This document shows positions 17,895 through 26,122 of a stretch of 64,000 bases of DNA, in pieces (position 1 is the first letter of the stretch; every line of letters begins with the position of its first letter). The position numbers and the translations under genes are program-made. The stretch is from Terriglobia bacterium (lineage in GTDB: Bacteria > Acidobacteriota > Terriglobia > 20CM-2-55-15). The DNA lies in assembly GCA_965198225.1 (NCBI GenBank), contig CBDAOY010000007.1, forward strand, positions 96,001-160,000. The letters are read 5' to 3'. A model generated the notes under the pieces. That model was not told where the DNA came from. It saw only the letters and a list, made by a program, of their open reading frames with translations, and ran no database searches.

Positions 17895-20800
17895 TTAGAA
17901 CATGTACTTGATGCCGAACTGGATCTGACGATTGTCGATCTTGGTCCGGGTGATCGTGCCGAAGGCTCCGGAGTTGACCGTCTTGTTCGGGACTGCAAAC
18001 TGGGCCTTGTTCATCATGTTGAAGAACTCCGCCCGGAACTGGACGTTGTGCGTTTCCGCGAAGCGAATGTTCTTCATCAGCGTGAAGTCCCAGGTGTTAA
18101 TCCCGGGGCCTTTCAGGAATCCGCGCGAGGCCGTGCCGAAGGTCCCGGCCGGTGGAACCACCAACGCTGAAGTGTCGAACCAGGCCTGCGGCGTGGGGTT
18201 GCTCAGTACCGGGTCACCGACGACGTTGGCACGGACGAAACCGTTTCCGGTGTTGCTGATATCTCCCGAGGCTTCGGGAGTAAAGGACTGGCCCGAAGCG
18301 AACGTCGTGATTCCGGCAATCTGCCAGCCGCCGAGGACGGCATCGGCCGCACCGCTCAGGCCGACCGGCTTGCCCGCCCCGAATGGCAGTTCGTAGGAAT
18401 AGCTGACGACCATCCGATGGCGGACATCGAAGAGAGCGTTGCCCTTTTCAGCGACCAGGTTGTGGTTGTTCTGGATGCTACCACCGCCGATGCCCGTGCC
18501 CGACGCGCCGCCGTTGTCGAGCGTATGCGACCAGGTGTAGGCGCCGACGAACGCGAGCCCGCCCGACATCCGCTTCTCCAGCTTCGTCTGCAGTGAATGG
18601 TAGGTGGAGGCGGCAGATTTTTCGGACTGGTTGATGCCACCCCATCCCTGGAAGGGACGGCGCGAGCTCACCGACGTCCAGTTGTCCGGATCCGAGCCCT
18701 GGCCCAGAACGTCGCCCGTGAACGCCTGGTTGATGTTCCGCCTGCTGCGCAGCTTCGTTCCCTTCGATCCGGCATAGGAGAAGTCCAGCACCATATTCGT
18801 ACCCAGCGGGCGCTGGAAGCCGAGGTTGAAGTGCTGCATGTAGCCCGTCTTCGCGTACAGGTCGACGGCGCGGACGATGATCGCGTCGGTCGTCGTCTGC
18901 GGGAACGGATTCCTGAGCGTAAGGTCGGGGGTGCCGGGGGCGCCGTTGAACCCCTGCGGGATCACATAAGGATACGCCAAGCCACGGCTCGTCCAGTTGA
19001 ACGCGCTGATGTGGGGTGTATAGAAGATCCCGTAGCCGCCGCGGACGACGAGGTCGATGGCCTCGGGAGACCAGGCGAACCCCACCCGCGGCGCAAAGTC
19101 GTTCAGATCGTTGTACATTAACCCGGTTGGTACGGATGGGTTCTGGTCCAGTCCGCCCGGCACGCTGATGGTCTGACCCGGGTTCGTCGGGTGGTTGTAA
19201 ACCAGAGTGCCGCTCTTGCCCCCGACGACGATCTGGCCGGTCTCCTGGTGGAACGTCGTTCCTTCGTTGGGACCCTGGCCGTCCGCTGTCGGGGAGGCGC
19301 CGGAAAAGGCCGGCGGTGACTGGAATTCCCAGCGCAGGCCGAGGTTGAGCGTCAGGTTGGGCGTGATCTTCCAGTCGTCGGCGAAGAAGATGTTGACGCT
19401 CCGCATCCGCTGGTAGGTCGCGGCGTCGCCGACGAGACGGTCCGTGCGAGCCGGGAAGCCCAACAGCAGGTCGCCCAGTGCGACGCCGGAGTACTTGTTG
19501 TTGTCGAAACGGAACCGCCCGTTGGAGTTGCTCTCCAGCCAGATGTTCATGTACATCGTCCGGACTTCGGCTCCCATCTTTATCTGATGGTTGCCCCGGG
19601 TCAGGGCGAACATGTCGAACCAGTGCCAGGTGTTGTCATGCCGGAGCTGCGCGCTGTAGGTGCCCCGCTGACGGGAGAAGCCGGCCACGTCGACCCGCGG
19701 GAAGCCCAGGTTCGAACCCGTCGAGCACCGCACCTCCCTGGTGCAGTTGTCCGCGCCCCGGGGTTTAAGCTCGCTCTGAACGCCCATAATGCCCAGTTGC
19801 TGCGCGAAGGGCTGACCGTACAGGGTCTCGTAGATGCCTCCGATCAGCCGGTTGAATCCGACCCGGGCCTCGTTCACCGCCGTTGGGCCGAAGACGTAGG
19901 TCGAGCTGAGGGCCGCATTCCGGCCGATCGGCTGGAAGAAGACCGCGCCGAAGTTGGGGAGCTGGACTCCGGCCTGGAACTCCGGGTTCTCCCGGTAGGA
20001 CTGCTGCCAGGTGATCCGGCCGAAGATGTTGTGGTTGTCGGTCAGCCGGTGATCGACACGACCCGTATAGATGTCGAAATCCTCGACCCGGCTCGCGCCC
20101 GTCAGGTAATTGTTGACCGGGTCCGATCGGTTCGGCTCGGGATAGAAGTTGGCGATGGCCTGGCCGATGGGGTCGATTCGATCCGCCGGGATGATATTGC
20201 CCGGGAACTGCAGTCCCGTGGAGGGGTCGATGACCGGCGTGCTGAAGCTCGAGAGGTCGCCGCTCCGCTGGGCCATGGTCGGCACGCGTGCCAGCGAGTT
20301 CTGGATCTGGTTCACCCGGGTGCCTTCGTAGTTGAACATGAAGTGGGTCCGGTCCCTGACGATCGGACCGGAGAAGACCACGCCGAACTGGTCGCGCTTG
20401 TAGTTTTCCTTCTCGTCGGCGAAGAAGTTCCGCGCATCGAAACGATCGCGGCGGGCGAACTCGAAAGCCGTGAGGTGGAAATCGTTCGATCCGGACTTCG
20501 TCTGGATGTTGATCACAGCGCCGCCGGCACGGCCGAACTCCGCGCTGTAGGTGCTGGTCTGGATCTTGAATTCCTGGATGGCGTCGATGGACGGGACGAT
20601 CACGAGCTGCGCATTGCCCGTGTCGTTGTTGTCGACACCGTCGAGCAGGAAGTTGTTGTCGCGCTCTCGTGCGCCCGAGGCGTGCAGTGAGAAGTTCTGG
20701 TTGGCGAGGTTCGATCCCTCAACGCTGGGCTGAACTCCGGTCGTCAGCGTCGTCAGCGCCATGAAGTGTCGCTGGTTTAGAGGAATGTCGGTCACCTTCT

Positions 20801-21221
20801 GGCTGTCCATCACCTGTCCGAGCGAGGCGGTCTCGCTCTGCAGTAACGGCGCATCCGCCGTGACCTCGATGACCTCGCTCACTTCCCCGATGCGCAGGAT
20901 GAAGTCGATCGGGACGACGGCGCCCACCTGGAGGATGACACCCCGACGGATTTCCGTCTGAAAACCGGGCAGCGTCGCTTCGACCTCGTATGTGGATGGC
21001 GGGAGTAGGGGCACCGAATAGAGCCCCGACTCGCCGGTGATCACGATTCGATTCAATCCGGTCGCGGCGTCCCGTACGGTAATCTCGACGCCCGGAATCA
21101 CAGCGCCGGATTCGTCACCCGCGGTGCCGACGATGCGGCCCGTGGTCGATTGAGCCTGAACAGTTGCCGTCATGGAGAAGCAAAGAACGACGGCAACAAT
21201 AGATAATCTCCACCTATTCAT
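17895..21221 (-). CDS. TonB-dependent transporter (TBDR-2, Oar-like)
   Basis: GAGGAGG RBS, ATG 21221, signal peptide, GAVIPGVEIT N-domain, LLDGVDNND plug, C-terminal RQIQFGIKYMF. Confidence 0.92.
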   Translation of the reverse strand: MNRWRLSIVAVVLCFSMTATVQAQSTTGRIVGTAGDESGAVIPGVEITVRDAATGLNRIVITGESGLYSVPLLPPSTYEVEATLPGFQTEIRRGVILQVGAVVPIDFILRIGEVSEVIEVTADAPLLQSETASLGQVMDSQKVTDIPLNQRHFMALTTLTTGVQPSVEGSNLANQNFSLHASGARERDNNFLLDGVDNNDTGNAQLVIVPSIDAIQEFKIQTSTYSAEFGRAGGAVINIQTKSGSNDFHLTAFEFARRDRFDARNFFADEKENYKRDQFGVVFSGPIVRDRTHFMFNYEGTRVNQIQNSLARVPTMAQRSGDLSSFSTPVIDPSTGLQFPGNIIPADRIDPIGQAIANFYPEPNRSDPVNNYLTGASRVEDFDIYTGRVDHRLTDNHNIFGRITWQQSYRENPEFQAGVQLPNFGAVFFQPIGRNAALSSTYVFGPTAVNEARVGFNRLIGGIYETLYGQPFAQQLGIMGVQSELKPRGADNCTREVRCSTGSNLGFPRVDVAGFSRQRGTYSAQLRHDNTWHWFDMFALTRGNHQIKMGAEVRTMYMNIWLESNSNGRFRFDNNKYSGVALGDLLLGFPARTDRLVGDAATYQRMRSVNIFFADDWKITPNLTLNLGLRWEFQSPPAFSGASPTADGQGPNEGTTFHQETGQIVVGGKSGTLVYNHPTNPGQTISVPGGLDQNPSVPTGLMYNDLNDFAPRVGFAWSPEAIDLVVRGGYGIFYTPHISAFNWTSRGLAYPYVIPQGFNGAPGTPDLTLRNPFPQTTTDAIIVRAVDLYAKTGYMQHFNLGFQRPLGTNMVLDFSYAGSKGTKLRSRRNINQAFTGDVLGQGSDPDNWTSVSSRRPFQGWGGINQSEKSAASTYHSLQTKLEKRMSGGLAFVGAYTWSHTLDNGGASGTGIGGGSIQNNHNLVAEKGNALFDVRHRMVVSYSYELPFGAGKPVGLSGAADAVLGGWQIAGITTFASGQSFTPEASGDISNTGNGFVRANVVGDPVLSNPTPQAWFDTSALVVPPAGTFGTASRGFLKGPGINTWDFTLMKNIRFAETHNVQFRAEFFNMMNKAQFAVPNKTVNSGAFGTITRTKIDNRQIQFGIKYMF

Positions 21222-21459
21222 GAGAGAAACCTCCTCTAATGAGCAAGCAGCAGCCGTGTTCTCGTCTTGAGGAACGCCGGTTGCACAATCAGCAGCCAGG
21301 GCCGAACGGCCCAACACACTTCTCCCTAGGTTTTTTGAACTGCTTGAAAAAGCGAAGGGGTATGCTATCAGGACCGGTACTGAAGGGTAATCGGCCCTCT
21401 GGTATAAATTAATATATATCTAAAGTTATACGATAAGACTTTTAAGCCATACCATTGAT

Positions 21460-22524
21460 CTATTTCGGGTTCATCCTCTGAACCTGAGATCTCATCCTCT
21501 CGGCGGCCTGGCGTTCGCTCTGGGGCGGTTCCTTTGCGAGATAGGCATCCAATTCGGCCAGCACCATCTCGAAGTGTTCGAGCTTCAGGTAGACATTCGC
21601 AAGCATGAGGTAGGAGGGTAAGAACGAGTCGTCGAGCGCTTTCGAACGGCCGAGTGCCGCTCGAGCGAGTTCCAGCTGTCCGGTCTTATAGAGAGCCGAT
21701 CCGAGAAAATAGTAACCAACGGCGTTTCTCGGGTTCAGCTTGACGGCATCCCCGAGCAGCAACGCCGCCGCGCCGAAGGTTTCGACCGCCTGATCCCGAT
21801 TCCCGAACGATTCTTCCGCGTCTCCAGCCTGGAGGTAGAGGCGTCCGAGGTTGATCAGCGGATCGGCCGAGCGGGGATTCAACTCCCGAGCCACAAGAAA
21901 CTCGCGCCGTGCTTCGTTCGGCTGTCCGGATTGTTGGTAGATCAGGCCAAGTGTGTTGTGGGCACGGTAAAAATCAGGAGCCAGCTCGATCGCTTCCTTG
22001 AGCAGCTCGATCGCCTTCGAGAGGTTTCCTTTTTCTCTCTCATCGAGGGCGCGATCGTGAGCACGAACGGCCGCGGCTGGATACGTCTTTCGAAACTCCG
22101 TGAGGTCGACGAGATTGGGGTCCGATCCGCTCGTTGCGTCGTCGGGCGCGGCCGCCGCCCGGTTGATTGTGATCATAGCCGTGATGATCTGCTCGGCTCC
22201 GCGCGTGACCTCCACACGCTGACGCACTTCGTCAAAGCCCTCGGTTCGGACGAAGATGTGGAACGTGCCCGCATTGAGATCCTTGAATTCGAAATTGCCG
22301 ATGCCGTCGGCGTAGACGTTGGCGATGGCGTCCCGACCAATTCCTTCCAACCGCACTTCGACCGGACCGGAGGGCGGAGCTTTCGGATCGAAGAGAACGC
22401 GGCCGCGGATGATAAAGCGGATGTCGGGATTGAGCCCGTCCATCTGAGGGTCGTAACCCTGGCTCCAGGCGGGCGGAATCAGACCGAGGAATAACGCGAG
22501 CAAAGCTGGAATTGTGTGACGCAC
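21460..22524 (-). CDS. Exported TPR protein with N-terminal beta domain (third paralog)
   Basis: Signal peptide; APDFYRAHNTLG, PLINLG, YYFLGSALYK shared with 3870..4841 and 6129..7109. Confidence 0.85.
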   Translation of the reverse strand: MRHTIPALLALFLGLIPPAWSQGYDPQMDGLNPDIRFIIRGRVLFDPKAPPSGPVEVRLEGIGRDAIANVYADGIGNFEFKDLNAGTFHIFVRTEGFDEVRQRVEVTRGAEQIITAMITINRAAAAPDDATSGSDPNLVDLTEFRKTYPAAAVRAHDRALDEREKGNLSKAIELLKEAIELAPDFYRAHNTLGLIYQQSGQPNEARREFLVARELNPRSADPLINLGRLYLQAGDAEESFGNRDQAVETFGAAALLLGDAVKLNPRNAVGYYFLGSALYKTGQLELARAALGRSKALDDSFLPSYLMLANVYLKLEHFEMVLAELDAYLAKEPPQSERQAAERMRSQVQRMNPK

Positions 22525-22603
22525 GAACAGCCTCCGTGTCGTTCTTCAACCCTATCACGGTCGGTCCGTGGCCTGGCACACAATGGGCCCGGATTCCACT
22601 CGC

Positions 22604-24892
22604 TCAACCGGGGTTTCTCGCCATTTCTGCTCGGATCTGCTCGACGAACCGGCGCGGACCGTCCTCCCCAGGCACCAACTCCAAGAGTTCTTCGCCATAA
22701 GGCAAAGCCTCACTCCACCGACCGTCCTGGGCGTAGAAGATGGCAAGGGCCTGGGCGAATGCCGGATCCCGCGAATCGATCCTGTAGGCCTGCTGCAGCT
22801 CGAACTCCGCAGTCTGACGGCGGCCCAGTTGTTGCAGGGCCAACCCGTAGTTGTAACGTACGCGCGCCCTCTCGGGGAGTAGTGCGGCGGCTCGACCCAG
22901 GCTCACGGCCGCATCCTCGAGTCGGTCCATCTCCGCCAGGAGCAGACCCAGTGAATAATGTGGCTCTCCTTCTCCGGGATGCCGTGCAGTGGCCTCCCTC
23001 AGCACGCGTTCGGCATCCGGGTTGCGGCCCATGTCGTTGAGCAGCGTGGCCAGGTTCAAACGCGCCGGGAGAAACCCGGGATCGATACTCACGGCGGCTT
23101 CGTAGTCGCGGACTGCTTGTTCTTGTCGGCCGGTGGCGGCGTGAATTACCCCCAGGTTCAGGTGAGCCGGCGCCATGTCGGCCAGCGACGACTGCAGCAA
23201 TTCATACTCGCTCAGTGCCGCATCGAACGCTTGCCGGTGCTCCCCGCTGAGTTCGGTGGAAGCCGCAGCCAGAACCCTTACGGCCTGAATCCGGACGGCG
23301 CGGACCGGGTCCCGCAGTAAAGGGGAAGCGGTTTGGATTCGTTCTTCCGGCGGCAGGGATTCCAGTTCTGAAACTGCAGTCGCACGGACGAGAGGGTCGT
23401 CATCGTGCACGGCCTCCACCACGGCGGGGACACCAGCGGTAGGGTAGCTTCGCAACAGCTCCAGCGCGGTGGCGCGAACGATTGTCGGTTGCTCGGCATC
23501 GCCGCTGAGCTCGATCAGCCTCGCCGCGGCGTCTGGCTCTCGCCGACGGCCGGCCGCGATCGTCTCACCGTAATGGGGTTCCTGTCGGCGCTCCGTGCCG
23601 TACCATCTTGCGACGGCTGCATCCGCCCATTCGGCTGCCTCGTCCGTATGGCACATGTTGCACGCGTTCGGTGTTCCAAGCTTGAGCGACAGGTCCGGCC
23701 GAGGGATCCGGAAACTGTGGTCCCGTCGCGGATCCACGACCATGTAGGTGCGCTCGGGCATGTGACAATTCACGCATCGCGCGCCGTCGCCCTCTGCCGG
23801 ATGAAAGTGATGCTCCGAAGAGTTGTAGTTCTTGGGTGTCAGGGTCGGAAAGCGATCACGCGGGGCGTCGAGGTGGTGGCACTGTTCGCAGACCGCGTTG
23901 CCCACGACGCGCAACTCCAGGCTGTGAGGGTTGTGGCAGTCGGTGCAGCGAATGCCCTCCTCATACATCCGGCTCTGGAGGAACGAACCGTACACATAGA
24001 CCTCTTCGAGGATCTGGCCGTCGGCGTGGTACAGATCCTCCCGGAGAGTCTCCGGCATGAAGTGGTCGAGAAACCGCTCTCCCGCCCGGTCTTCGGCGCT
24101 CACCTGGTGACGACGAGAGTGGCACGGCGCACACGACTCCACCTGGTAACGCGCATCGTTCGTGGCGAAATCAGCGATCAGTCCGGCACCGTGTGTCGTG
24201 GCGTCGGGTCGATCGACCTCGGATGCCCAAGCCACATGTGCTTCGCCCGGACCGTGACAGGACTGGCAACCGACGTCGATCCTGTCCCACTTCGTATCGT
24301 AAGTGTCGGTCTCTATATCGTAGTTCTTCCGAAGATTCGTCGAGTGACACTCCGCGCACATGAAGTTCCAGTTCTGGTAGCGACCCGTCCAGTGGAAGGG
24401 GTCTTCGGGAGGAATACGCTCGTCAGGATAGAGGTGGAACCAGCGCTCACGCTGTGTGTCCCACGCAACGCCCAGACTCTGAAGACGTCCGCCGGGAAAC
24501 TCGATCAGATACTGCTGGAGTGGTTCGATCCCGAACGTGTACCGGATTTCGAAATCCCGCATACTACCGCCAGGACCTTCGGTGTTGACGAAGAACTTCC
24601 CGTCGTTCCGGAAAAAGCGTGACGTGACATCGAAATGGGTGAACGTTGCGTCGTCGAAATCACCGAGCACAGACTCCTCGGTTGCCTCTTCCATCGAGCG
24701 GTCATGATGGGATTCGGCCCACTCAAGAAACTGTTGTTCGTGGCAGCCCGCACATGTTTCTTCTTCGACAGACAACACCCCTCGCGTGGAGTCCGTCGTT
24801 GACCGGTCGGTATCGCGGTCCCGGCCGCAACCGGCAAGAACGGCCACTAACAATGTCGGAAGGAAGTATCGGTTGAGGCGTGAGTGCTGCAT
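22604..24892 (-). CDS. Octaheme cytochrome c lipoprotein with HEAT and TPR repeats
   Basis: Lipobox LAGC; eight CxxCH (CAGCH, CAECH, CQSCH, CAPCH, CTDCH, CEQCH, CVNCH, CNMCH); HEAT-like DPLVR repeats; TPRs. Confidence 0.88.
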   Translation of the reverse strand: MQHSRLNRYFLPTLLVAVLAGCGRDRDTDRSTTDSTRGVLSVEEETCAGCHEQQFLEWAESHHDRSMEEATEESVLGDFDDATFTHFDVTSRFFRNDGKFFVNTEGPGGSMRDFEIRYTFGIEPLQQYLIEFPGGRLQSLGVAWDTQRERWFHLYPDERIPPEDPFHWTGRYQNWNFMCAECHSTNLRKNYDIETDTYDTKWDRIDVGCQSCHGPGEAHVAWASEVDRPDATTHGAGLIADFATNDARYQVESCAPCHSRRHQVSAEDRAGERFLDHFMPETLREDLYHADGQILEEVYVYGSFLQSRMYEEGIRCTDCHNPHSLELRVVGNAVCEQCHHLDAPRDRFPTLTPKNYNSSEHHFHPAEGDGARCVNCHMPERTYMVVDPRRDHSFRIPRPDLSLKLGTPNACNMCHTDEAAEWADAAVARWYGTERRQEPHYGETIAAGRRREPDAAARLIELSGDAEQPTIVRATALELLRSYPTAGVPAVVEAVHDDDPLVRATAVSELESLPPEERIQTASPLLRDPVRAVRIQAVRVLAAASTELSGEHRQAFDAALSEYELLQSSLADMAPAHLNLGVIHAATGRQEQAVRDYEAAVSIDPGFLPARLNLATLLNDMGRNPDAERVLREATARHPGEGEPHYSLGLLLAEMDRLEDAAVSLGRAAALLPERARVRYNYGLALQQLGRRQTAEFELQQAYRIDSRDPAFAQALAIFYAQDGRWSEALPYGEELLELVPGEDGPRRFVEQIRAEMARNPG

Positions 24893-25186
24893 GGTCTCCG
24901 ATGAACTATCAAGCAGGACCCGTTCTTAATCAAGTCGCGACAGGTCCGGCTGAACCGGGTCGTCAATGGCGAAGATCTCGAGCTGGCCCCCGCCGGTCGA
25001 GGAAAACCGTCGGAAACCTTGGAACAATAGGCATGGTAGAGTGCAGCACCGGACCGTAATCGCCCACACCCGAACCGTGATGTAGGGTATGAGGCTAGAC
25101 TTATGCACTCGGCCGGCGGACGGAAACATGATGCGTGATCCTGAAAGGCGTCTTTTGTCACCCAAGCAAGAAAAACGGGGTCCCTG

Positions 25187-26017
25187 GTGGAGCTGAAGAG
25201 CGTATTCCATCCGTCCGACTTCACGAAGGCCAGCGAGGTCGCCTTCGCCCACGCGTTGAAGCTGGCCCTCGCTGCCCGACTGGAGTTGAGCGTTCTGCAC
25301 GTCGACTCCCAATACGAGGATTTGGACTGGTCGGAATTTCCCGGAGTTCGACAGACGCTGGTGCGTTGGGGCGCGCTGCCTGAAGGCAGCTCCCGCGAGG
25401 ATGTATCGAAGACGGGCCTTGGCGTTCACAAGGTGATCGCGACCCACAAGGATCCTGTCGCCTCGATACTCGGTTACCTCAACGAGCACCCGACCGATTT
25501 GATCGTCCTCTCCACCCATCAGAAGGGGGGGCTTTCGGATTGGTTGAAACGAACCGTTGCGGAGCCGGTCGCTCGGAGATCCGGGGAAGCGACTCTATTT
25601 GTCCCGCACGGGGTCGATGGATTCGTTTCGCCGGAAGATGGTTCCGTCAACCTCAGCCGCGTCCTAGTGCCTGTTGCTTCAAGACCCAGTCCCCACAGGG
25701 CGCTGCGTTCCGCGAACGCCGTCGTACAGGCCCTGGGGTGTGAAGACATCTCGGTTACCACGCTGTATGTGGGGAATGAAGGGGACATGCCGCCGGTACG
25801 GAGCCCGGAAGGGGCGACGTGGAAGCTGGAGGAGGGCGTCGAGGACGGGGACGTCGTCGAGCGGATACTCGCGACGGCCGCGGACTGGGAAGCCGATCTC
25901 GTCGTCATGGCCACTGAAGGCCGGCACGGATTCCTGGACGCGGTACGGGGCAGTACAAGCGAACGCGTGCTACGTGGCCTGTCGTGCCCGCTGCTCGCGG
26001 TGCCGGCAGTGGGTTAG
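25187..26017 (+). CDS. Universal stress protein (tandem USP domains)
   Basis: VFHPSDF...AFAHA; DLIVLST; ADLVVMATEGR...GSTSERVLRGLSCPLLAV. Confidence 0.9.
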   Translation: MELKSVFHPSDFTKASEVAFAHALKLALAARLELSVLHVDSQYEDLDWSEFPGVRQTLVRWGALPEGSSREDVSKTGLGVHKVIATHKDPVASILGYLNEHPTDLIVLSTHQKGGLSDWLKRTVAEPVARRSGEATLFVPHGVDGFVSPEDGSVNLSRVLVPVASRPSPHRALRSANAVVQALGCEDISVTTLYVGNEGDMPPVRSPEGATWKLEEGVEDGDVVERILATAADWEADLVVMATEGRHGFLDAVRGSTSERVLRGLSCPLLAVPAVG

Positions 26018-26122
26018 CAGCGACCGACGACCTCAGCTGCGGAAGGCGAAATCACGATCTCAGCCCGCGGAACACGGTTTGAACCCTCAGTTCTACGCTG
26101 GCGCACCTCGACCCCTCGGGTC

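Noticed and set aside
20611-20642. 32-bp identity between TBDR-2 and TBDR-1 (3501-3532) as gene conversion
   Set aside because: Falls on the most conserved plug motif (DGVDNNDTGNA); paralogy and codon bias suffice.
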